Below, one piece after another: positions 38,437 to 48,820 of a stretch of DNA of 57,230 nucleotides; positions within the stretch are counted from its first letter, which is position 1; each line of letters starts with the position of its first letter. The stretch covers positions 1 to 57,230 of the forward strand of contig NW_021833631.1 of assembly GCF_006345805.1 (NCBI RefSeq). Reading direction: 5' to 3'. The notes beneath the pieces were generated by a model, which had not been told where the DNA came from, ran no database searches, and saw only the letters and a list, made by a program, of their open reading frames with translations. The translations under genes and the position numbers were made by a program. The stretch comes from Octopus sinensis. Its lineage: Eukaryota.

Positions 38437-40640
38437 ACAACAACAACAACATTGAGAACATCACTAACAGCAAGAACATTTTCGCTGCGGCAACAGCCAA
38501 AATCAGACCACGATTCAATTTGGACCTCACAAATAAAGATGAAAAGTTGGCACTGAGCTGGAAGTTCATCACGGCAAGAGCAAACCTGGGCCATCTTAAC
38601 TGTCTCGGCAGAGGCCATCGAAGCAGTGGGGCGAAGAACGGGGCATTTCAGATACATCTCAGCAGAAACGAAGAAAGCAGTTTTAATTGTCCTAGCAGAT
38701 ATTGAAGATGCGCTGAGATGCATCAGGGATGACACCGAGTACATTGTGAGGGATAGACAATACGGCACCGTTTCGGTGCTATTTAAGTCAGAATCCCTCG
38801 CTTTGAAACAATCAATGAAACCTTGCAAAACCAGCAAGGGATACATTATTATGTATTCCTCCCACATGGGGAAACGAATATCATGTGTCCGCATTCTAAG
38901 AATCCCACCCAGTGATATGTGGTGGGTTCTGGGATGCGTAATTGTGGATGGGTGGATGGGCACTGTCTCGATAGAGATGACAAAAACTTCCAGGGAGGTC
39001 TGGTCTGGGGTTGACCTGGAGATACTTCTCCAGATCAGGCCTGAATATGTAAAATGAATCCCGGAACATATCCGTCTCCAGAACGGGACGGTAATACACA
39101 TAATGACTGAGGACAAAAGGCCGACTCGTTTCGTTGTTGGAGAACAACCCATTTGCGAGCCTTCTGCCCTCGACTGATAAAAGGTGCGAAAGATCGAAGG
39201 TCTCCATTACTGCCTATGCCAGGACGAGGACCACAGCCAACATCAGCACCGGTAAAATCATCAGCAACAACACCAAAGGAAACATCAGCAAAGACCTTGA
39301 CCACCCAAAGGGGAAATTAGGTAAGCTCTCTTACTGCCCCCACCCAAATATACATATGAATAAAAACATAAACACACACAAACACACTTACAGCCACAGG
39401 CCTTTCATCATCCAGTAATGAAGATAAAGGAATACCAAAAGCCCTCAAAGAACAAAAAAAAAAGAAAACAAAAAAACCACAAAGCATAATAACGGCCACA
39501 ATATAAAATACAAACTCCATCCACGCAAACATCTCCCTAATAATACCAACACCAACATCAACACAACCAATACTACCACCATCACCATCACAGTCAAGCA
39601 AGTAAATAAAACCACATCAACAAAGCATATACAACTTCGTGCTTATCAAAAGAGCTAACAAGGAATTGATGGCTCTCGTAGAACAGAGCAAAGAAATTCA
39701 GAGGGGATGATTTTTGAATCGAGTAAATTTCGTGTACCGAATTTGCTTCGGGTGCTAATGTCACGTGATTGATTTCTACAAAGGAATTCAAGAGATCTTT
39801 CCTGGGGACGTGGAAACCCGAACGTGAAATTCACATCGAAACTTTTAAAGGGGTTCCCAAAAATATCACACCAATTATGGAAGTCGAACCACCCGACCTT
39901 CACAAAACACCGAGAGGTAAGTAAACCTTTGCTCTCTCTTTTTAGCTTCCCAATATGGCAAGGTTAAGAGTAGGAATTTTAGATGTTCGAGGCCTGGGGT
40001 CGCCTAAGAAGCAGGGTTGCCTGCTCAACGACCTAAGGTCTTTAGAATTGGAAGTAATTCCTGTACGCGAGACCAGGATTTCCAGCACATGCGCACTTGT
40101 TCCCATTTTCGACGACTATCAGATCTTTGCATCTGTTAGTCGACCGGGAAGGGGAGGTAGGGTGCTAGTGCTGTTTAGGAAAGGCGTGGTTCTCGAGGTA
40201 AAGTCGATATTCCGGGACTCGGACAGTAAGTTGGTAGTCCAGGATGTGAGCAGTAGCTAAGTAGTACCTTTAGACTACCGGGGTCAAAAGGCTGGATTTC
40301 TTTAGGCGTCTGGAAGCCTTTCTGGGTACGTCTCGCCCTCCACTGGTAGTGGGGGACTGGAACAGCATCTTAGGCGCACACTGGGATTGGGTAGGAGTAG
40401 CTGATAGAAGCTGGGGGAAAGAGCCTCAAGCACCTGATCAGCCTGTTCCAACTATCTGACAGGTAGCGACGAGATTTCCCTAATGCGCAAATGTAGACAT
40501 GGACCAACCAAATAGAGTCATCTAGATCGTATATAGACAAGATTTTCACCAGGAAAATAGACAGTAGAATGTCCACTTTTTTAAAACGGTCGCCTATTCA
40601 GATCACAAATTTGTAATCTATACGGTAGACCTAGATAAGA
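37800..40640 (+). mobile_element. L1/Tx1-like LINE: ORF1 remnant plus AP-endonuclease N-terminus, decayed and 3'-truncated
   Basis: ORF2 start MARLRVGILDVRGLG...VIPVRETR, later VVGDWNSIL and WTNQIESSRSYIDKI. Upstream ORF1-like FAAATAKIRPRF...RQYGTVSVLF. Clade assignment is an inference. Confidence 0.75.
38180..38452. repeat. Compound (GAT)(GGT)(GAC)(GAA)(CAA) microsatellite inside LINE ORF1
   Basis: Seen directly. Confidence 0.97.
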
Positions 40641-40892
40641 CGTGTAGGTAAGGACTCGGTGTGTGTGTGTGTATGTGTGTGTGTGTCCATCTGTCTGTTT
40701 GTGTGTGTGTCCGTCTGTCTGTTTGTGTGTGTGTGTGTTTGTGTATCTGTCTGTGTATGTGTGTGTATGTGTTCGTCCCTCCACCATCGCTTGACAACCG
40801 ACATTTCGGATAATGCTACATCTTAAGATTTTATGCTCTGTGATTAAGATTACTTTGCAAACCATATACACCAGCAAATATATAAACAAAAA

Positions 40893-40938
<46 letters not shown>

Positions 40939-41675
40939 TGATAAATCTTTTCGTACAGATAGCAATATGTACATGCATTTCCCGCATATACATTCCATCT
41001 CGACCATGTGGTTAATGTCAGAAATCATATGGGGTAGATATAGTTCCGCAGCATAATATAATGACTAGAGAACTCAAAAATTATTTATACTTTTAAATTA
41101 AGGATATAATCATTAAAATGATTATATCAGTGGCAGGCGTATAAAAAATGAGCATATCGGTAAAATTAATTTTTAAGTATATAATTAAAAATATATAAAT
41201 AGGGTTATAAATAGAGAACAAATTTAGAGAGGATTGTAGGTATTTGACATCTACTTCTAGCGTATAGGCGTTGGCATTCCAGCGCCCTTAAGTAAAATCA
41301 TATTTTTATAATCATATAATTAATTAGGTGCGTGGGGGTGGGAGAATGTTCAATTTATAGAGAAAGAACCAGAGAAACAGTTACAAGAATAATAGAAATA
41401 GAGACAAACGCTCAAGATATTATTTAAATCATCTATTACCATATAACCCAACATATGTTTCGATAGATACAATAAAATAAATTCGTGAGGAAGAATAATG
41501 TGGAAAAAGGCATCAACTTTTCAGGGAGCATATAAAACAACAGTGTTCATCAATAAGTCATTTTACAGATGTAAGAAACCACAAAATTAGTTTATATATA
41601 TATTATATATATATATTATATATATATTATATATATATCGTTCAACTGTAAATAATGCGAATATATAATATATAT

Positions 41676-41713
<38 letters not shown>

Positions 41714-41719
41714 ATATTA

Positions 41720-41758
<39 letters not shown>

Positions 41759-41867
41759 TTAAAAATAGGATAAAATCTAATAAGAAATTATCAAGTAGTT
41801 AGCGTGAAAAAACCTCGTAAGAGAAAAAATCTGTAAATTTTTTCAACCTGAAAATATTTATTCATAT

Positions 41868-42258
41868 TATATAGAGGGCACTATTACACATAGATGCCGA
41901 ACGCTAGGAGGAACTTTTAAAGTCAAAACTACCAAAATAAACAAATTGTACCGAATACAATCTTCGAAGCAAGTCATTTAAAAACAGAATTTAGTTACAC
42001 ATCACCTGTGATTTCGCAATCAATGCAGTATATGCATTTTATGTTCTTCAGTGCAACGATCTCAAGATATATATGAATGAACAAACACAACATACCAGAC
42101 GAGCAACGGCAGTGTCCATCGCAGCATATAGGAATGTTCATCCCTACATATCTATGTAAATGGCGGGCTTTTCGAATTGCATTGTTTATTTTGGTAGTTT
42201 TGACTTTAAAAGTCCCTCCTAGCGTGCGGCATCTATGTGTAATAGTGTCCTCTATATA
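41868..42258. mobile_element. 391-bp element with 77-bp TIRs (3 mismatches) enclosing an HHR-like motif
   Basis: 41868-41944 vs reverse complement of 42182-42258; TA-rich flanks; HHR-like motif at 41995-42056 on the minus strand. Confidence 0.85.
41995..42056 (-). ncRNA. Degenerate type I hammerhead motif (predicted inactive: G at the cleavage position)
   Basis: ttgca CTGAAGA [long stem II with aatgca-tatac-tgcatt] c GAA atcac-ag-gtgat G tgtaa. Confidence 0.55.
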
Positions 42259-42372
42259 ATATATATATATATATATATATAATATATATATGTGGAAAAC
42301 AAAGGTGGATTGGGAACGTTAATAATACCGTTAACAAATTTGACGTCATAGGACGAAAGAAGAGAAGGAAGC

Positions 42373-42425
<53 letters not shown>

Positions 42426-42539
42426 AAATTAATGGAGAAATTGAGGTATAAACAAATAGAAAGTAACTGACAGATACATAGAAAAGAGGAAGGAAAGAAT
42501 AGGAGATATGGGATGAAAAAATAAAGATTAAGTTCCAGA

Positions 42540-43130
42540 TATTATTGGGTAAGGCGGCAGATATTATTTGAAATGGCTGAAAGAGTGCTTTTGACAATGT
42601 AAACACCTGTAAACACGTTCTTTATAGATGTTGACTAAGTGTGCCTCAGTCTTCGTAACACTAATTCTTATTCTTTTCTTGTTGCACTCGGCAGCAACGC
42701 CATTCAGTGCATGCAGGAGACCATAGCACCATGTCTTCTGTTTGCATTAATCTACCGTTCCTATAACTACGGATTATCATACCACTTCCACGAATGCTCA
42801 TGTTAATCAAGTTAACAAAAGTTATGAAAAGTACGTACCGTTGCCGGAGTCCAGCACCCATGCTGAAAAGTTCTTCACACAAAAATGTAACCTTGAATTT
42901 GCAATGACCTAAACATATATTTGTTCTATTCATTGACTGTACTTCTTGATTTACGATGTAAGAGTTTGAAGTGCAGAAGCTGATGAAGAAAGCATTCTCC
43001 ATTATAAAGGCGTCATCAAGCGGCATCTCAATGAAGCGGATGATATGATTGCAGTTAATGGAAGAAAATCATCTCCTGCAGCGAACGATAGCGAAAAGCT
43101 ATGCAGAAAGGCAAGAAACTTCAACTGAAT
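42540..43130 (-). pseudogene. RTE-type LINE reverse-transcriptase fragment
   Basis: FSMGAGLRQRYVLFI..., RLMQTEDMVL and AECNKKRIRISVTKTE correspond to decayed GLRQG, ADD and KISxxKTE RT motifs. Confidence 0.7.
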
Positions 43131-43573
43131 TGAACGAATAAAGGGGAAGGGCAATTAGGAAAAGATTCCGCAAGTTTCAGTACACTAGCTCGACAAACTG
43201 TATTTGTAATATCTACGAATGAAGTTCTATCATCGCTTTCGGGATTTCCATTGGCATGCCGTCAACAATAAGAGCACGGTTTTGTTTCACAGACGGTAGT
43301 TTCCAATTTCTCCCACCTGGATACTTCAAAAATTTAGATGAATGCGAAAGTTAGAGGGTCTCATGAAAAGTTGTCGAACTTTTATTTAGTATTTCACTAT
43401 AATGTGAAGCACTTACTGTCAGTGTTTCATACGACCGGTTTTTCGGTGCGGATGTGTCAGGTGTCCTAATTCTTCATTGGTACTTACTCCTTTTCTGACT
43501 GCATATCTTGGTTTTATATCAAAACGCTGGAGATCACAACCTGTGTCCGATATATTGCGAGTAGCGGAGCGAA

Positions 43574-43707
43574 CCCCTACCATCTAGCGGTGACAAGACC
43601 AGGACATACGACTGCCATATCTAGCAGACAGGTGTCCAGTACTGACGGGGGGAAATATACTGAAACCAAACTGGTATACTATTCTTCTTACCGCTAGATG
43701 GTAGAGG
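43574..43707. mobile_element. 134-bp element with 18-bp TIRs enclosing an HHR-like motif (43638-43680, plus)
   Basis: cccctaccatctagcggt / accgctagatggtagagg (1 mismatch). Interior agta CTGACGG ggggaaatatact GAA acca-aac-tggt A tact. Confidence 0.7.
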
Positions 43708-43725
43708 TATATATATATATATATT

Positions 43726-43857
43726 ATTTATTTTATAGAAGGAGCTTCTACAGGACTAGAACTGTTTCATTCAAAAGAAATCATCAGGAAGCTTCCTGAT
43801 GATTTCTTTTGAATGAAACAGTTCTAGTCCTGTAGAAGCTCCTTCTATAAAATAAAT
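43726..43857. repeat. Perfect 132-bp palindrome carrying a hammerhead motif on each strand
   Basis: Centre between 43791 and 43792 (ggaagcttcc); base-by-base symmetry holds to 43726/43857. Confidence 0.95.
43790..43840 (+). ncRNA. Type I hammerhead ribozyme-like motif (mirror copy at 43743-43793, minus)
   Basis: agcttc CTGATGA t-ttc-tttt-gaa-t GAA acag-ttctagtc-ctgt A gaagct. Stem I 6 bp, stem III 4 bp, GUA triplet at 43832-43834; U-U at the base of stem II is non-canonical. Confidence 0.75.
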
Positions 43858-43949
43858 TAATTTACTCTGCTATGTATTGAGTACCTTATTGACTGTGGTT
43901 AACCCCGACTCAACCCGGGACCTATATATATATATATATATACATGTGT

Positions 43950-44712
43950 GTAGGGTGTGGTGTCGTTTAAAAAACGCAAAAATGAAAATAAAGAGTAAAT
44001 TTATTCAATGCAGTCATCATTGGCTCAGCTATAGCCTCCAGACGACTTCGAAATTTCATGGAACCCTTATGGACAGTCTCCTTGTTTAAATTGGTGAATC
44101 CTTGCCTTCATGATCTCGTTTGATGTTGGTCTCTCACTCAACTGCACCCCACACATAATCAAGGGAGTTGCAGTCTAGAGTGTTAGGTGGCCAGATGTTA
44201 GGGGTGGTGTGGTCAGTAGAAATTGTCTGACAGCCTTTACTAGCTTCTCCTGCTTGTGTGGCACGATGCAGAGTCCTGTTGCCAGACATAGGGTCGTCCA
44301 GCAGCCAACTCTTGACCCAGGGCAGCACTACCTCCTCCATGCACTTGATGTAGGCATCCGCGTAGAGTCTGAGGCCGATTGGGAAAATGAATGGAGACAT
44401 AACATCGACATCACTAGTGATTACTCCAGACATCATGATGTTGACTGGGTGTTTGATTTTTATCACTCTCGGCAAGTCAATGGTTGTTCTGCGTGTTCAC
44501 CATCTGTTCGTATTGCAGCTTCCAGCGCGAATGCCAAGCAGTACAGTATGTCGATTCCAAATTTCTGGCAGAGTGAATTGTATCATGGTGGTGGTTTTTT
44601 ACAGACAGTGCCCAACTGACCCTACTATACTCAGTAGTGGACAAAATCAAAAACAAACATAGGCAAAATTAAAAATATAGAATGGCGACAATTTACCCAT
44701 CGCCTCCTGTAT
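43950..44712 (-). mobile_element. Tc1/mariner (maT/DD37D-like) transposase relic
   Basis: KHPVNIMMSGVITSDVDVMSPFIFPIGLRLYADAYIKCMEEVVLPW, NIWPPNTLDCNSLDYVWGAVE and KFRSRLEA motifs. Confidence 0.85.
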
Positions 44713-44759
44713 TTATATATAGATATACAAACACACACGCGCGCGCGCATTTTTTCTCT

Positions 44760-44955
44760 TTAGTTTCAGTCCGAGGACTGCGGCTATGCTGGGGTACGTC
44801 CCCGTAACTTACCAGTTCTGCAAAAGAAACTGATTGAATATGTACCAGGATTAACAAATATTAACAAATATTAACGGGGTCGATTCATTCGATTAAACAT
44901 TCTTCAAGGCGGTGTTCCAGCAAGGCCGCAGTTTAATGACTGAAACAAATAGAGG
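44760..44955. mobile_element. SINE family 1 tail fragments in both orientations
   Basis: tttcagtccgaggactgcggctatgctggg (minus), then ggggtcgattcattcgattaa...ccagcaaggccgcagtttaatgactgaaacaa (plus). Confidence 0.65.
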
Positions 44956-45500
44956 ATATAAAATAATAGATATGTATATGTGTTTATATAAATATATATA
45001 TATGCTTGAATATATGTATGTAACAGCGTATGTTAACTCCTCAAAGCTTATATTCATTCGGCCAATCGTAACAAGAACGATCTTCAAGAAATTATGAATT
45101 AGTTGGGGCTATGATTGTTTCTATTAAAGTTATAAACGGAAAGAATGATCCTCGAATAGAAACGTATAAAGTGAATATGTGCATGATTTCCTTGCGATAA
45201 ACTTGAACGTTTATTATAACCGAGAAACCTTTTCTCTCTGTTGCCGAAGCAATGTAAGTACCTCTTGGGTTCTGCCGAGAAAGATTTTAAAATCGGAAAT
45301 TTGAATTACTGATAAACAATTTAAGTGATAACTAAACCTAAATAAATGTCATATAGTACTTATCGAAAGATCATTCGCTCAGTAAGAGTACAATCAATTA
45401 GGAATTATTTAGTGCTATGACCAATATCTATATGGAATTAGCTAAGGAAAAATAATGGCTTACAAATATATCTTTATGAAGAATTTATGTGTATATTTAC

Positions 45501-45624
45501 CTTCTGATAAACCTTCCAGGGCATCATGATGTTGCTGCGACACATCGTTTTTCTTCATCTGGTGGTGAGAGAAACAGGTTCCAGTGCAGTCTTCTTGTAA
45601 ATAACAGACGGCCACGCAGTTTGA
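45501..45624 (-). other. Candidate 124-bp exon
   Basis: Acceptor long T-tract+gttctAG and donor AAG|GTAAAT; frame 0 is open (SNCVAVCYLQEDC...MKKNDVSQQHHDALEGLSE). Confidence 0.3.
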
Positions 45625-45760
45625 CTAGAACAAAAAAAAAAAAAGAAACCTCACCGAAATGTACATGAGGAACGAAGTAAATGTGTTATATGGCACTATA
45701 AAATTTCTTATATATGTACATAAGCATTTGCACACACACACACGTACGTACGTACGCACA

Positions 45761-45809
<49 letters not shown>

Positions 45810-46498
45810 GCACTTATATTCACAGATAGGTGTGTATTAGTGCGTATATGTGTGAATTTGTCTTTCAGTTTCCCTTTTCACTCATATATGTCTACGAACC
45901 TGTGAGTACGCAAGTGTGAGTGAAAGTGTTTCCACATGAATATTACTGTTGACATATGTATATGTTTTGTATGATATTCTATGAAAAAGTCTCACCAAAT
46001 TGCACCATGTGATATTAGGCAAGTGTCAGTAGCAAGACAGTTGCCATCGGGACACTGTGCAACTATTGACAACCAGTTATTATCACTTTTTTCTTTTTTT
46101 TCTCCCCTTCTTTTGGAGATCAAACAGCCTAGAACCCCTTAGGGAATCATGCACTCAGTCGTGAGGTGGGAAAATGAAAATAAGGATAATAAATACATAA
46201 ATAAAATAAGAAAGCATGTGGCTGTGTATGCATTTGTGTATGCATGTGCATGAAAAGTCAGGAATAAGATGTGCCTGTGTGAGAGTGTACGTATACGTAT
46301 ATGAGATGGAGAAAGCAAGTAAGTCAGTGTGCGAATGAGAGCGAGAATAAAAGAGAGAGAGAGTGTGTGTGAGAGAGAGAGAGAAATAAGGAAATGGGAG
46401 AGAGGGTGGGAAACCGAATGTGAAAGAGACAGAAAGGTGTCATGGGTGGAAGAAAATAGCGGTTTAATATGTCAAGTTTTAAAGGAAAACGAGGTTCG

Positions 46499-46578
46499 TT
46501 GACGTGATATCACAGCAAATTCGATACACCAGATGGCAGTTTAAATGCACACGACTACTGGGTTAACTTGAAGACATC
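46499..46578 (+). promoter_or_regulatory. Conserved promoter/enhancer-like element, copy B
   Basis: TTGACGTGATATCA-cagc-AAATTCGAT-a-CACCAGATGGC-ag-TTTAAA-t-GCACACGACTACTG-GGTTAACTTGAAGA; homolog of 18759-18848. Confidence 0.45.
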
Positions 46579-46801
46579 AGTGGTATAGAAAACCTGGAGC
46601 TGTTTTTACTTCCTTATTTACTTAAAACTCCCATAATGACTAAGAAACTTAACATATTTCTGCTAGTGTTATTTGCAAAATTGCTAAGTAGTCGAGGTAG
46701 AAAAACTCGGAGAAACACGACATGGAATGCTTAACAAGAAGAGTTGCAACATTTATGGCTATTACAAAGTCAGTCTCTCTCTGAGTTTAGGGTCTAAGAG
46801 A

Positions 46802-46832
<31 letters not shown>

Positions 46833-47199
46833 ACAACAACAACAACAACAGAATTATCAAAAAATAATTGACATAATAACGTCGATAATATTTAAAATAA
46901 AATCGCAGTGAGGGTATACGATATCGACAAACTAAACGATGATACAAATGCAATACTCATCTCACACAGTATTTGTTAACCAGTTCTCTTCCTAATCTCA
47001 CTCTCTATTAATTAACAAAAGTTTTCCTCTTTTGTTTATGTACCAAAGCATCAAAGGGATAAAAAAGTAAAGTAAACCTCAGCAGGATTTCAAAAGTGAA
47101 TGTTGAAAAAAGAAATTAAAGTCGTCATGTATTTACTTTCCTTTGAATGTACTGGATATTTGCGAGTACAAACGGATCACCCCGCACACGCACATACAT

Positions 47200-47343
47200 A
47201 TCCATACATACTTGATACATAGATACATACATACATACATATATACATACATACATACATATATACATACATACATACATACATACATACATGCATACAT
47301 ACATATATACATACATACATGCATATATACATACATACATACA

Positions 47344-47376
<33 letters not shown>

Positions 47377-47409
47377 TATCCGTTTGTATATGTATGTACG
47401 CATATATAC

Positions 47410-47440
<31 letters not shown>

Positions 47441-47520
47441 TGTATGTATGTATGTATGTATGTATGTATGGTATGTATATGTATGTATGTATGTATGTAT
47501 GTATCTATGCATGTATGGAT
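47200..47520. repeat. (CATA)n followed by the complementary (TATG)n microsatellite
   Basis: Seen directly. Confidence 0.97.
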
Positions 47521-47552
47521 ATGTATATATAATACATATATATATATATACA

Positions 47553-47925
47553 TAGGCGTAGGAGTGGGTGTGTAGTGAGTAACTTGCTTACCAACCACAC
47601 GGTTCAGTCCCACTGCGTGGCACCTTGGGCAAGTGTCTTCTACTATAGCCTCGGGCCGACCAAAGCCTTGTGAGTGGATTTGGTGTGTGCATGTGTTTGT
47701 GTGCATGTGTGAGTCTGTGTCTTTGTCCCCAACCCCAACATCGTTTGACAACCGATGCTGGTGTGTTTATGTCCTCGTAACTTAGTAGTTCGGCAAAACA
47801 GACCGATACAATAAGTACTAGGCTTACAAAGAATAAGTCCTGGGGTCGATTTGCTCGACTAAAGGTGGTGCTCCTGCATGGCTGCGGTCAAATGACTGAA
47901 GCAAATAAAAGAATAAAAGAATAGA
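47553..47925 (+). mobile_element. SINE family 1, full-length
   Basis: Head ggcgtaggagtgggtgtgtag...cccactgcgtggcaccttgggcaagtgtc; tail aaaagaataaaagaat. Confidence 0.9.
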
Positions 47926-47928
47926 AGA

Positions 47929-47996
<68 letters not shown>

Positions 47997-48039
47997 ATGT
48001 ATACATACATATATCTATATGCATATATACACGACAGAA

Positions 48040-48540
48040 AATGATACAAAAATTGAAGCATCCCAGAGATCCATCACAAAAAAAAAACAAAACAAATAGA
48101 TGAAATGACAGATCTTTATTATTGGGATCGTTTCGATAAACTCATACTTTATTCTCTCCAACGCCGCCGAGAGTGTTATGTGGAAAATATTCCAACAATA
48201 TTACTGAAATGATGATGGCATTCACTCAAGGCTTGGTCCCTGTGTCATTCTTCCTCTACAAAAATCAGCCCTGCTCTCTTTAACATCATGCCTAGGCACA
48301 TAAGAGCAGAAAAAAATCTCATAACATTCAAACGGCTCCTGGAAAAATATCCACAACAAACTGCAGATAAGCCACATAGACCCGGTTATATCGCTACAAA
48401 GGATAGCTCTTTACTTGAACAGGTTATGTTGCCCATAGAATGACTGTAATATGAAACGCCATTAAATATCTTTTTCAAATGGCGGTCGTAAGTCATGTCC
48501 TGATCGAATTCTGGCCGAAAACTAAGTATATCAAAGTATG
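48040..48540 (+). mobile_element. CR1/L2-like LINE 3' end
   Basis: YWDRFDKLILYSLQRRRE, FNIMPRHIR and DKPHRPGY C-terminal motifs. Confidence 0.75.
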
Positions 48541-48548
48541 TATGAGTG

Positions 48549-48813
<265 letters not shown>

Positions 48814-48820
48814 GCATGCA

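Noticed and set aside
37740-39152. 470-aa minus-strand ORF as a host gene
   Set aside because: It is antisense to LINE ORF1, inflated by triplet microsatellites, and has no recognisable domain.
46636-46734. Signal-peptide-like small ORF MTKKLNIFLLVLFAKLLSSRG... downstream of module B
   Set aside because: Only 32 codons with a weak donor and no matching downstream exon; hydrophobic runs arise easily in AT-rich DNA.
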